61,847 nt of DNA. It comes from a virus. Lineage: Duplodnaviria > Caudoviricetes. Every line of letters starts with the position of its first letter. Within the stretch, counting starts at the first letter, position 1. Shown here one piece after another: positions 20,264-31,505 of this stretch. Under the pieces are notes generated by a model. That model was not told the origin of the DNA. It searched no databases and worked only from the letters and a program-made list of their open reading frames with translations. The stretch is from positions 1 through 61,847 of IMG/VR virus record IMGVR_UViG_3300014913_000013, one strand, 5' to 3'. A program made the position numbers and the translations under genes.

Positions 20264-21899
20264 ATGAAATCATTCTATTCATTTATTTTAGGTGCTTGGA
20301 CATTTCACTGGTTTGGTATGAGTGTAACCTACATTGGTAAAATGCCATCAGTTGAAATGGTTCCCTATGATTGGACTCTATCAGCTGTTGTTCTTATAAT
20401 GACAGTTGTTCCAGCTGGTCTTGGTTGTTTAATAGGGAGTAGCAAATGAATCTGAATAACTATACAAAAATACCTGTAGAAGAAGCTATAATACCTAAGA
20501 ATGGCTCAACTGTATATGTTGATAAGTATTGGTGTATTGTAGATAACTGTGTGTTGTTTTACAGAGACGTTGCTCCTCAATGTAATAGTAATAGAGAGAT
20601 AGCAGAAAGAGTGGCGGAAAAACTATACCCAGAAGCTACTGTACAATTCATTCCACGAATATATAAATAATGACTGAATATTTATACAGATATGAAGAAA
20701 TAAGGTATTCATTAGGGGTGAACTACTTTGATAATCCATATCCTGGATACAGATTAGCAGTACACTGTAACAAATATAAGATAATAAAAAGAACTCCAAA
20801 AGGGGCATGGATACGTTATTGTACTGGTTTCCCCGAATTTGATAAATACGAAAATAAAAAGTTTGTTCTTCTTACTGCCAGAAAGAAGTTTGCTTGTGAA
20901 ACAAAAGAGGAAGCAAGAAAATCCTTTATAGCAAGAAAGAAAAGACAAATTGAAATACTCAAAGCATACCTAGAACAGGCAGAAACCTCATTGTATATAG
21001 CGGAAACAGATATTGAAAATAAAAGTATAGTTATCTCATGACTAAAAGAAATAAAGAAATATTATTATCCATTTTCATACTGACTTTAATGTTTTTGCAG
21101 TAATAGAGATACTTGGATTTGTATTCTTTATAATAATACCTAAATATTTCTGATGAAAAACAAAAGCTACATAGAACAGTTTATAAAACACGACGTTGAA
21201 TATATAAAGAATAATAACCTAATATTAAAAAAACTAACAGATAATCAAGTAATGGAATTATACAAAGAATGGTCTAATATACAGGGGGGTTTTTGGCTAA
21301 CCTTAAACAAAAGATCAATGGCAACATTCGAAGAATGGCTGTTTAATACTCCGTTTGATCTATACATTAAAAAATATGGGGGTAGATAATGAATATAAGG
21401 GTGTGTACTAATAACAATATTGATATAGAAGGGTACATAAGTAGATGGGAGTTCATGGGCACTAAAGTATCTTTATACACATTTTTAAAAGAAAGTGACC
21501 AATTTTTTCCAGTAGAAAATGTAATACTGTATGTAAAAGACATAGCTATTGCCAAGAAACAAGTATTAATTAATAAAGATAATATATTATTTATAGAGGA
21601 AATTAAAGATTAATTGGGTATTTTAAGGAGATACCATGGAAGATTTTTTATTCTTTATAATACCTAAGTATTTCTAAAATATTATGAATTATATGCGACT
21701 AAGGAGGTATAAAGTGATCTATAAAAACTACATTATTATCTGTGACAGAAAACCGATACCAGACAGAGACTTTGATTTTAGTTTTGAGCATATTGATTAT
21801 GACGGCCCAGAAGACCATAGATGTGGGCATGCTTCGTCATATGAGAATGCTGTAAAGCAGATAGATGAGATTGAAGAAGAACTGGACAATATAGAGTAA
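20264..21899 (+). other. short hypothetical CDS (20264-20449 membrane-like, 20446-20670, 20670-21041, 21153-21389, 21389-21613, 21684-21899)
   Basis: packed ORFs. Confidence 0.65.
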
Positions 21900-22420
21900 T
21901 GCACTCTGATATTCAAAAAGCTGCTGACATAGCAGAAAAAGCACATACAGGGCAAACCAGAAAGTATACTGGCAGGCCATATGTAACACATCCTTACTCA
22001 GTAGCCTGCTATGTAAAGATGGTAACAAAAGATTCTGATATGATCTGTGCTGCTTTACTGCATGATACAGTTGAGGACACAGATGTTACATTAGACTATC
22101 TATCTACTGTTTTTAATCCTAGAGTAGTTTCTTTGGTAGAAAATCTTACTGATATATCTGTACCTGAAGATGGTAATAGAAAAAGAAGAAAAACTATTGA
22201 TTTAAAACACACGGTAACAGCACATCCAGATGCTAAGACAATAAAATTAGCTGATCTTGTGGATAATAGTAGAAGTATTACTCAACATGATCCTAACTTT
22301 GCTGTTGTGTACATGAAAGAGAAAGAAAGATTGCTTGATGTATTAACAGAAGGCCATCCATTACTATTTGAAATGGCGCAAAGAATACTAATTGATTATT
22401 ACCTTAGGAGGCTACTATGA
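21899..22420 (+). CDS. HD-domain phosphohydrolase, RelA/SpoT hydrolase (small alarmone hydrolase)-like
   Basis: AHTGQTRK, PYVTHP, AALLHDTVEDT, IKLADLVDN. Confidence 0.88.
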   Translation: MHSDIQKAADIAEKAHTGQTRKYTGRPYVTHPYSVACYVKMVTKDSDMICAALLHDTVEDTDVTLDYLSTVFNPRVVSLVENLTDISVPEDGNRKRRKTIDLKHTVTAHPDAKTIKLADLVDNSRSITQHDPNFAVVYMKEKERLLDVLTEGHPLLFEMAQRILIDYYLRRLL

Positions 22421-22586
22421 TACGTTTTGTTGATATAGAAATTTATGACCTTGAGAAAGAGCAATGGGCACAAGCACGATATCTTGTTCATGGTCATGAT
22501 GATGTTTTATGGACTGATGATGTAGAATCTGCACTCGCCTTTCTACGAGAGTCTTTATCTGAAAAGTATGATTAAAAGGAGACACC

Positions 22587-23722
22587 ATGACAAAAATTGA
22601 ATTAACAGACAATCTGCAAGACGTAGTAGTAAAAATGTCAGAAGGGAATTCAGGTGGCTTAACAGCTATTATGGAGATTTTACAGAAAACAGAAGAAATA
22701 GATCCCCAAAATGCTATGGGAGGGTTAGCCCATATTCTTAGTTTAGATACATATGGCATATATGGGTCAAGTATCTATGTTCTATGGTCTGACCAGTGCA
22801 ATAGAGATATAAGAGAACTTATTATGCTGCTTAGGGCTACTCAGTTAGGCTTTTTCTCTATTGATAAACTAAAAGCAATAGCAAATGACCAGATGGGCAG
22901 GTACTTGTTGACACAAGAAGAAATGGATGAGCTTGATACATTAGTTACAGAAAGGCTGCCAGAATTTAAAAAACGTGAAGTGGAGATATCAAAATGACAA
23001 AGATTATGTTTGGTATTTTTATTGGCCTGATGGTGGGAAGGACTGCTCTAATCAAAAGTTGTATTCTAAACTTCCTAAATTTAGAAATATAGTTGAAATA
23101 GATGGTAAGTATGCTATCAGGTATGGCTTTTATCCTTTTTATAAGTATAAGGATGTAATATCAGCAACATTCTATTGGGGAAGAAATAGTAAACATTTTA
23201 AAGACTGCTTAATGAATACTATTGAAGAGGCTAAGGAGCATATAAATAAAGCGTCTGATTTTGGAAATGTTGTACGATAATATATGAAAACAAAACATAG
23301 AATTGTTAACGGATTACGACAATGGAATCATGTGCCTGACGGATATTATCAATTAAAGTCTGATGATACTATACAGGCACATGATGTTCAAAAGATAAAT
23401 GATGAATGGTACCTGGAATACCCTAATAACTCACTTCTTATAGGAAACTATGTAGGTAGTGCAAATTGGTACAGAAAAAATGACACTACGTGACATATTG
23501 AAAAGAACTAAACCTACTATTGTAGATCTAGAGTATGTTGAAACAGGTCCACAATGGACCTGTGGTTCTGACGTACCAGTCACATGGAATACCAAAGATT
23601 TGAAAAAATGTGAAAAACAGTGTATACGTATAAATTACAAAAATGGGTATTTTACTAAAGGACAGTATATAAAAGAACTCAGAAATATACGCAAAAAATA
23701 TAAAAGAATGAATCAAGGGTAA
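22587..23722 (+). other. hypothetical CDS (22587-22997, 22975-23280, 23284-23493, about 23480-23722)
   Basis: packed ORFs. Confidence 0.6.
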
Positions 23723-23792
23723 AATTGGCTAAAGAGTTTGGTGTATCTGATTGTACTATCAGAGACATAATTAAAAAAAAGGAGCTGGATAC

Positions 23793-24672
23793 ATGCTTAA
23801 TATTAAAGCCCTTCTAGGTGACATAGGAGTATCTTATTGGACATCTGGAAAAAATGTATCGCACGGGTGGACATCGGTGCAATGTCCGCTCTGCGGGTGA
23901 CCGAAGTAATCATGGAGCCTTCTCACCAGAAGGTAATGCCTACTCCTGTTTTATATGCGGTAAACATTCAGTACGTTCTATAATAGCACACTTCACATCC
24001 TGGAAAGAGGCCGGTGACTTAATAAAAGAGTATTCTAACGAATTAATATATTACGGCACTATAGAAAAAGAACGTGCTACTAATGTACAATGGCCCCCTG
24101 ACTGTGCTACTCAAATGCCAAGTATCCATGCAAAGTATCTTCATAAACGTGGATATGACCCTAAATTATTGAGAGAATTGTATGGTGTAGAATGTTGTTA
24201 CCAAACAGGATTCATGAAATATAGGATAGTTATACCAGTATACCAAAATGGGGTAATAGTTACCTACGTTGGTAGAGATGTAACTAACAAAGCCCCACTA
24301 AAATACAAGAACCTGCCAGAAAGAAATAGTGTACTACCAGTAAAAGAAACTATTTTCAACATAGATAATGTTCATGAAAAAGCAATAATATGCGAAGGGC
24401 CATTCGATGCTATGCGGTTTGGTGCGCATGGTGTATGTACATGGGGACTACAGTTTACCAGTAGGCAAACAAACATTCTTGCAAAGCGTTTAAAGCACGC
24501 TTTTATTATGTTTGATAGTGACCCTACAGCCCAAGCAAAAGGACGTGAATTAGGGGCTATATTATCATTTCAAGGAGTAACAACAGATATTGTTTTCATA
24601 GAGGAATATAAAGACCCAGGAGAACTTCCACAACACATTGCAGATGATGTAAAAAGAGAATTATTACAATAA
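23793..24672 (+). CDS. DNA primase (zinc finger + TOPRIM) with a +1 frameshift at 23895-23898
   Basis: CPLC in frame of ATG 23793 continues as GDRSNHG...CFICG in the frame of ORF 23854; ICEGPFDA, MFDSD, KDPGEL. Confidence 0.85.
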
Positions 24673-24685
24673 TATAAAGCAGTTA

Positions 24686-24715
24686 TTGACAAATGACAAT
24701 TTTTATGGTTATATA
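24686..24715 (+). promoter_or_regulatory. promoter variant
   Basis: TTGACA-N18-TATATA. Confidence 0.6.
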
Positions 24716-24729
24716 AAAACAGGGCAATA

Positions 24730-25041
24730 ATGCCATATAATAAAAAGGAGAATTTAATGCAAGAAGAAATGAGTTCAACAGAAACACTTGAAAAGGTATT
24801 ATCTAATTTTAATGGAAGAGATCCTATAAAAGAATTAGGTATAAGAGTAAAAGCCATGAACAAGTCAGATCTAGAAAAACTGGTATTAATAGCTGCAAAT
24901 ACAGTAGGGACAGCTATAAAAGGGGAAGACTACAGTAATACCTATGATGCCATACTACACCTAAATATGGGTGCAGACATGCTCATGAACGCATACGATA
25001 CAGCACTTATGTCTATTGATACTAATAGTGGGACAGCTTAA
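24730..25041 (+). CDS. hypothetical protein
   Basis: AAGGAG RBS before internal ATG; followed by terminator. Confidence 0.7.
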   Translation: MPYNKKENLMQEEMSSTETLEKVLSNFNGRDPIKELGIRVKAMNKSDLEKLVLIAANTVGTAIKGEDYSNTYDAILHLNMGADMLMNAYDTALMSIDTNSGTA

Positions 25042-25077
25042 ATACTACGGAAAGTTGCCCAAAAAATTTGCCAGGAT

Positions 25078-25105
25078 AGTGCCCCTATAGTTGGGGCACT
25101 TTTTT
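25078..25105 (+). terminator. intrinsic terminator
   Basis: AGTGCCCC-loop-GGGGCACT followed by T-tract. Confidence 0.85.
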
Positions 25106-25294
25106 ATTGACAATAAAAAAACAATAGGGTAAAAGCAAAAATACAGGCTTGTGTTGATGCAGAGTGATGAACTGCTGAATAAGTTTGTAATAATAAAGAT
25201 TATAATATAAGAGAATACAGCCAAAATCAAAAGCTTTGTAGAGCATTGGTTGAGATTTTTTAGGGGCTTTATTGTTTAATATAATGGAGTACAT

Positions 25295-25747
25295 ATGAAA
25301 GTATGGATACTTATTCAAGAAGATTGTACTAACCCTATATTAGCAATAATAGAAGGCAGTAAAGAAAAAGTACTCCAACAATTACCCAATAGCATAGGTA
25401 TTATAGATAAAGGGCTTTATCAAAAATCTATTAATAATGCTATGGGCAGAAATCCACCTCCTTGGACAAACATACTCTGTCCAACCTGCCACCACTTTAG
25501 CTCTGAATTTCAAGGGTGTGCCATTAATTGGAATTGCGCTAAAGATGAACAATCAATTAAAGAAGCTGCATTAAAATTCTTCAATGGTGACACAAATTTA
25601 GTATCAAGTTATCCAGCAAAAACAGAAGAGGAAGCTAAACCACTTGCTGATTATTTAGCTTATAATCAATGTTTGTTGAATTTAAAAAGCGGCTTCTATA
25701 AATTAGTAGATTCTGATTCTGTAATTAGTCTAACAACAGAGGAGTAA
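25295..25747 (+). CDS. hypothetical protein
   Basis: GGAG RBS. Confidence 0.7.
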   Translation: MKVWILIQEDCTNPILAIIEGSKEKVLQQLPNSIGIIDKGLYQKSINNAMGRNPPPWTNILCPTCHHFSSEFQGCAINWNCAKDEQSIKEAALKFFNGDTNLVSSYPAKTEEEAKPLADYLAYNQCLLNLKSGFYKLVDSDSVISLTTEE

Positions 25748-25751
25748 CCCC

Positions 25752-27011
25752 ATGTCAGATATATTCATGGTATTAACTGTACATACGTACACTAAAATAT
25801 ATAATGAAGCTAAATACCCAGATAATGCTCTAGCGCTATATCTATTCTACTACAAAAATGCTAAGTACCAAAAAACTAATCAACCTTGGTCTACCAAATC
25901 ATTTTGTATGAAAGGATTAGGGTGGAGTAAAGCAAAAGTGGAACGTGCTAAAAGAGATTTAGTGCAATTAGGGTTAGTAGAAAGAGTGCCAGCATACGGA
26001 CAAAAAACAAAGGAGTATGTCAAACTAAATTATATGTCAACAGAACAAACTACATCAGAAATTTTTACACAAAATAAACAAAAGTTGGGGCCTCAAAATG
26101 ATGGGGGGCAACAAAATAATGCACAAATGCTTAAAGGAAGTAATAAAAGTAATGATAGTGTATTACTTCGTAATACAGTCACAAATCAAAATGATTTGGT
26201 AAATCTTGATAATTCTATTGAACAACGTAACACACGTGTTGACAGGTCTACATTAAAACCAAAACTAAATTCATTGAAAAAGACAACTACGTTGAATAAA
26301 GAGAAAAAAGCTGCTCATAAGAAAATACCTAGCGAATATATAAAACTCATAGAATATTGGAATTCATTTGACACCTTGAATACTCATAGAATAAAACGTA
26401 GTAAAAGACATGTTTGGTATGATAAACAAACAAAGACTATTAAAACTGTATGCGATACCCTTGAATCAATAATGAGAGGCCAGTTTTATAGAAAGTTAGG
26501 AGTAGATGAAAAGTTTGTGCCCAAAAAAATGAAATTCCGTTTGATAAGACGTGCAATAAAAAGATGCGCCCTTGCAGTTAGTCCTGAATATGCCCAAAAT
26601 CCCTATAAAATGTCCATGACAACCTTTTTTGTAACAAATGGAAATGTTGGTGAAGGGCGTACTAAATACAGATATAAATACCCTTTGCTCCATTTCATAT
26701 TGAATGAACCTGTGAAGTACAAATCTAAAATATTGAAAAAGAAAAATACTGAGTACCCACTTACTGTTGGTAGAATATTGGATATTATAGGGTCAGACAG
26801 TATAGAGGATTACAATAGAGTTGCTAAGTATGTTGATCCTGCTGTAGCAATGATAAAACGCAGATCAAATGGAAATTTCAATCCAAATCTAGGAGAATTG
26901 CCTCAACGTGTGGCAGAGGGAGTAAAAGGAAAACTGACTATGGACAACTTACACTTTGGATTTATGCATTTAGAGCGTACTTTTGAAAAACACCTTAAAT
27001 TCAGAGATTAA
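25752..27011 (+). CDS. putative replication initiator / origin-binding protein
   Basis: N-terminal winged-HTH-like segment (GLGWSKAKVERAKRDLVQLGLV), low-complexity linker, directly upstream of the helicase. Confidence 0.45.
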   Translation: MSDIFMVLTVHTYTKIYNEAKYPDNALALYLFYYKNAKYQKTNQPWSTKSFCMKGLGWSKAKVERAKRDLVQLGLVERVPAYGQKTKEYVKLNYMSTEQTTSEIFTQNKQKLGPQNDGGQQNNAQMLKGSNKSNDSVLLRNTVTNQNDLVNLDNSIEQRNTRVDRSTLKPKLNSLKKTTTLNKEKKAAHKKIPSEYIKLIEYWNSFDTLNTHRIKRSKRHVWYDKQTKTIKTVCDTLESIMRGQFYRKLGVDEKFVPKKMKFRLIRRAIKRCALAVSPEYAQNPYKMSMTTFFVTNGNVGEGRTKYRYKYPLLHFILNEPVKYKSKILKKKNTEYPLTVGRILDIIGSDSIEDYNRVAKYVDPAVAMIKRRSNGNFNPNLGELPQRVAEGVKGKLTMDNLHFGFMHLERTFEKHLKFRD

Positions 27012-27022
27012 GGATTGTAGTA

Positions 27023-28546
27023 ATGTCCATAAAAATTGATAGGGTAAACTACAACAGAGAAAAACGTGTCCTTATAAATCTAATATTAAGCACAGAATTT
27101 TGTGATAAGGTACTACCTGCTGCAAAGGATGAATACTTTGAATTAAAATATGCCTCAACACTAATTGATTGGATAAAGGCGTACCATGACTCTTATGGTG
27201 TTGCCCCTAAAGGACATATCAATGAAATGTTTGAAGAGCATGGTCATTTATTAGATAGGGATATTCATGAACAAATAGGAAGTATATTACAACACTTATC
27301 AGATATTTCTGATACAGATGTGCATAATATTCCTTATCTTATAGATATAGCTAATGATCTTTTCAAAGAAAAACATATATCATTACAAAACGCAGCTGTA
27401 GATAACTACTTAAGAAATGGAGAGATAAGTAAAGCAGAGAAAGCGCTTGCTAATCATTATAAAGATATAGAAGGCAGCAGTAGAAATTTTATAGCTTTTA
27501 ATGATGATGGTTTTATGCGGTCTGTCATACGTAATATGATTAGACAGCAAGACCCTGATGATGCTTTCTTTATGTTCAGTGGTAAACTTGGTGAATTTAT
27601 AGGCCCAATAGATCGTGGCTGGTTTATAGCTTATTTAGCCCCTGCAAAACGTGGTAAGACAACATATATGCTGGATGCAGCCATTGATTCTATAAGGCAA
27701 AGAAAAAATACCCTTATAGTATCCCTAGAAATGACTGAAGAACAACTTATGCAGAGATATGCACTGGCTATAACAGGTGTAAAGCCAGAAGTAGAAGAGT
27801 ACACTACTATGGTACCTATAATGGATTGTGAGTACAATCAAAGTGGGGAATGTACCAAGAGTGAATGTGTTAGTGAAGATAGGCTATTACATGAAGGAAA
27901 ATTAGATACGTATGATGATAACCCAGAATGGGAGGTATGTACAGAATGTAGGGGTACTAAAGATTTTATACCTACATCCTGGAAAATACCTATTAAGAAA
28001 AATTATATATCAGAAGGTAGATACATAAAAAAGGTACATAGGTTTAATAAATTCTTTGGCAAATATGGTAGGGTAGTGCATATGCCCTCTAAAACTGTCA
28101 CAGTTGCAGATATACGTAGTGAGGTAGACTACCTAGAAAATACTCAAAACTTTATCCCTGATATAATAATAATAGATTATGCAGACTTAATAAAACCTGA
28201 TAGTATAGGAGAGAAAAGACATCAATTAGATGATATATGGGAGGGACTAAGAAGTTGGGGGCAAGAACGTAGGGTAACTATAATATCAGCCTCACAAACC
28301 AATAGAATAAGTGCTGATGTTGATTACCTTAGAGACATTCATGTAGCAGAAGACTATAGTAAGATAGCTAAATTAGATATTGCTATAGGGTTGTGCCAAA
28401 CAGACAAAATGAAAGAAATGGGGATAATGAATATAAATAAAGTTGTACATAGGCATAAAGAATATATACAAAGCCATGTTTGCACTGTTTTACAAGATAT
28501 AAGTCACCAGCAGTCACATCTTGATTCAGAATTTGTAATGAAATAG
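27023..28546 (+). CDS. replicative DNA helicase, DnaB/T4 gp41-like
   Basis: APAKRGKT Walker A, SLEM, IIIDYADL, SASQTNR. Confidence 0.9.
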   Translation: MSIKIDRVNYNREKRVLINLILSTEFCDKVLPAAKDEYFELKYASTLIDWIKAYHDSYGVAPKGHINEMFEEHGHLLDRDIHEQIGSILQHLSDISDTDVHNIPYLIDIANDLFKEKHISLQNAAVDNYLRNGEISKAEKALANHYKDIEGSSRNFIAFNDDGFMRSVIRNMIRQQDPDDAFFMFSGKLGEFIGPIDRGWFIAYLAPAKRGKTTYMLDAAIDSIRQRKNTLIVSLEMTEEQLMQRYALAITGVKPEVEEYTTMVPIMDCEYNQSGECTKSECVSEDRLLHEGKLDTYDDNPEWEVCTECRGTKDFIPTSWKIPIKKNYISEGRYIKKVHRFNKFFGKYGRVVHMPSKTVTVADIRSEVDYLENTQNFIPDIIIIDYADLIKPDSIGEKRHQLDDIWEGLRSWGQERRVTIISASQTNRISADVDYLRDIHVAEDYSKIAKLDIAIGLCQTDKMKEMGIMNINKVVHRHKEYIQSHVCTVLQDISHQQSHLDSEFVMK

Positions 28547-28594
28547 ACTATTTATATTTTTAGTAGAATTTTGGAGTTTAATTAGCAAAAAGCA

Positions 28595-28623
28595 TTGACA
28601 AATAAATAAAAATATAGTATATA
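28595..28623 (+). promoter_or_regulatory. sigma70-type phage promoter
   Basis: TTGACA-N17-TATATA. Confidence 0.85.
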
Positions 28624-28705
28624 TATTATAACAATAAAAAGCAGGTAGGCATTGTGCCGATATGCTGTAATGAAAAAGCCATATGGCAGAAGAATGGAGG
28701 AAAAA

Positions 28706-29467
28706 ATGGGATTAGGTAAATTGAAGGACTATGGACTCAAGTTCAAAGAGCTGAAAGAGGTATGTGTATCTTTGAATGAGGCTGGTATTGCTCCTGCTGT
28801 TACTGTCAAAGTAGGTACTAAAGGTGAGGACATGTTGTCCTCATTTATGGATGCCATAGAAGCAGTAGAGGATAAGGATGTTAAAAATATACCTGCTGAA
28901 GTAAGCGCATATTACGATGCTATTCCACAAGAAGCATTTGATGATGACGATAATACAGTCACTCAATCTGATTCTAAGGGTGAGCCTGTTGAGGAACAAG
29001 AGGAACAAGAGGAAGTAGTTGAATCTGATTGTCCATCGTTCTTGACAGGTTGTGATGATACTGAACCTGATTGCCAAGAATGTAAAAAAGACATGCCAGA
29101 TGAATATAGTGCATGTAAAAAAGCAACAGAAGCTAAGGCATCTAAGAAAAGCAAGAAAAAATCTAAAGGCACTAAAAATGCTGGGAAACGTACAAGGTAT
29201 GGCCACATGCCAAATAGTATGGCTGGATTTATTGATGATATGGTATGGAAAGGCCATACTAAAGATGAGATGGTGCAGGTGTTGATGAAAGAATTTGGCC
29301 GCTCAGAAGATAAGGCTAAAGGAAAGGTGAATAGTCACCTTAATACTCTGATTAATAAAAAAGGCATTACTATTACAGAGAAAAAAGGAGATGTGTTAAA
29401 AGCAAAGCAAAAGTACGCAGATGGGTATGATAAGAGCAATACCCAAAAATGCACATTATCTGAATAG
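28706..29467 (+). CDS. hypothetical protein (acidic linker, Cys cluster, basic C-terminal domain)
   Basis: GGAGG RBS; own promoter and terminator. Confidence 0.75.
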   Translation: MGLGKLKDYGLKFKELKEVCVSLNEAGIAPAVTVKVGTKGEDMLSSFMDAIEAVEDKDVKNIPAEVSAYYDAIPQEAFDDDDNTVTQSDSKGEPVEEQEEQEEVVESDCPSFLTGCDDTEPDCQECKKDMPDEYSACKKATEAKASKKSKKKSKGTKNAGKRTRYGHMPNSMAGFIDDMVWKGHTKDEMVQVLMKEFGRSEDKAKGKVNSHLNTLINKKGITITEKKGDVLKAKQKYADGYDKSNTQKCTLSE

Positions 29468-29488
29468 TAATATGTAAGGTTGTCAAAC

Positions 29489-29517
29489 GGGGCGTGTATA
29501 CTACACGTCCCATTTTT
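29489..29517 (+). terminator. intrinsic terminator
   Basis: GGGGCGTGTA/TACACGTCCC hairpin plus T-tract. Confidence 0.75.
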
Positions 29518-29530
29518 ATAGAGGCACACA

Positions 29531-30262
29531 ATGATAGAAACAGATAAGTTATCTGCTATGTTCACAGATGTTTCTTTGAACAAAACAATAACAGAATGTG
29601 TAGTTAATGTAAAAGATGAGATTGCTACAGTATATGCTTTGGATCTTACTGAATCTGTATTTGTGCAAACATCTACTGATCTACAAGGGGTAGAAGATTG
29701 TCAATTTGGTATTGGATCATTAGATGTATTTGTACGCTACTTAAATATGATACGGGGTTCGTCTATAAAAGTATCAATAGATGACTCCAGGCTTATTATA
29801 GTGCCAAAGAAAGGACGTAAACTTAGTTACTTATTAGCTGAACCAGATTTAATAGTAACTTATGAAGATAGTTTTTTGGAGCAGGGTGATGTAATACAGG
29901 GAGAATTTTCAGATTATGATTATGGTAAAGGCATAGATCTAAAACAGGAAGAAGTTAAAGATTTATTGGGAATAATATCGTTATTTGATCCTAATAGTAT
30001 ATCATTACGGGTGAACAGTAAGGGAAAACTTACAATACATACTGGTAATGAAACGCAGCATCAATCTGATATATCATTTGGTAAAACTTCCTGCAAAGAA
30101 TGTGAACACAAATTATACAGTGAATACTTTGCCTCTATACTTTCTATAATTAAATTTGAGCATAATCCTAAAATGTTCATCAGTAATGAAGAAGGCTCTT
30201 CTGTTATAATTACTACTGATAATACTGGATGGATACTACAGCCTGAAACAGTAGATGTCTAA
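29531..30262 (+). CDS. putative sliding clamp (PCNA/gp45-like)
   Basis: 243 aa, acidic, beta-rich pattern, FGIGSL motif, adjacent to clamp loader. Confidence 0.55.
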   Translation: MIETDKLSAMFTDVSLNKTITECVVNVKDEIATVYALDLTESVFVQTSTDLQGVEDCQFGIGSLDVFVRYLNMIRGSSIKVSIDDSRLIIVPKKGRKLSYLLAEPDLIVTYEDSFLEQGDVIQGEFSDYDYGKGIDLKQEEVKDLLGIISLFDPNSISLRVNSKGKLTIHTGNETQHQSDISFGKTSCKECEHKLYSEYFASILSIIKFEHNPKMFISNEEGSSVIITTDNTGWILQPETVDV

Positions 30263-30468
30263 CATATCTTACGAAAAAGAATGTGTGGCATTTACACGTG
30301 GTGTAATTTCTGCATTAAATGATAATGGCTTCTTTGTAAATTCTACACAAGAAGCCTTTTTCTGTATCTTGAGTATACTTAGGAAACAGGTATACACAGA
30401 TATGTATAATTCAGTAAAAGAAATTGACACAAATAATAACAAATCAAAGATAAATTAGGGGAATATTA

Positions 30469-31410
30469 ATGGCTAAATTGGGGAGCTACATATGGTTTGA
30501 AAAATACAGACCACAAAAATTAAAGGATCTTTCTCTTAATAAAGAGCATAGAGTAGCCTTTAAGGCATACGTAAAAGACAAACAAATACCACACCTTTTG
30601 TTAGAAGGGCCTGCTGGTAGTGGAAAAACCACTATATCACATATACTTATGAACCACATACCAAGTTCTGTACTAATGTTAAATGCTTCTGGTAAAGAAG
30701 ATAGAAGTATAGATACAATGCAGACTAGGGTAAAGACTTTTGCTGGTTCTCAGGCCAAAAAGGGAAAACTTAAAATAGTTTTTATGGATGAGGCAGATGG
30801 TATGTTAGGCCCTGCCCAGGAATCACTCAAAAACCTTATGGAGACTTACAATAAAAATTGTAGGTTTATCCTTACATGCAATTATGTAGATAAGATAATA
30901 GATCCAATACAATCAAGGTGCACAAGATTTACATTTGATAGGTTTCCAAAACGTAAATTAGTAAATGTATGTGAAAAAATATTAGAACAAGAAGAAATTG
31001 ATGGTGTCAGCAGGGAAGACATAAATAATCTAATAAATAGATTTTACCCTGACATGCGTTCTATTATAAACAACTTACAATCTGCATGTGTGGATGGCTC
31101 ATTCAATCCTAAAGCAATAGGGTCATTACAAGTAGATCCTGAGGAAGTTACTAAACACATACGTGATGGTGCTATACTTAGTATAAGGCAGAAAGTAGCT
31201 GGTATTACAAACTTTGCATTTATGTACAAGTACCTATTTGACGAGTTCTTATTCAGTCATGGTTCTGATGCTGAAAAAAGCGAAATGGCATTGGCTATAG
31301 CAGAATCCTGTAGGTATGATAACACTGTACCAGACAGGGAAATAGAATTTGTAGGGTGCTGCATAAATATAATGGGATCATTAGGGGTTACTCCAAACTT
31401 CAATAAATAG
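30469..31410 (+). CDS. clamp loader AAA+ subunit (RFC small subunit/T4 gp44-like)
   Basis: WFEKYRP, GPAGSGKT, LNAS, DEADG, FILTCN, QSRC. Confidence 0.93.
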   Translation: MAKLGSYIWFEKYRPQKLKDLSLNKEHRVAFKAYVKDKQIPHLLLEGPAGSGKTTISHILMNHIPSSVLMLNASGKEDRSIDTMQTRVKTFAGSQAKKGKLKIVFMDEADGMLGPAQESLKNLMETYNKNCRFILTCNYVDKIIDPIQSRCTRFTFDRFPKRKLVNVCEKILEQEEIDGVSREDINNLINRFYPDMRSIINNLQSACVDGSFNPKAIGSLQVDPEEVTKHIRDGAILSIRQKVAGITNFAFMYKYLFDEFLFSHGSDAEKSEMALAIAESCRYDNTVPDREIEFVGCCINIMGSLGVTPNFNK

Positions 31411-31505
31411 CCCTTAAATCAAAATTTGGCCTATTGTATGCCTACCTATAGGGCAACCACTGAAAATTGAAATTTACCCCCTTTACGTAATCTTATGGTG
31501 TATCT

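Noticed and set aside
21114-21677. Short repeat TTCTTTATAAT(AAT)ACCTAA.TATTTCT at about 21124 and 21651
   Set aside because: Only two AT-rich copies; too weak to assign a function.
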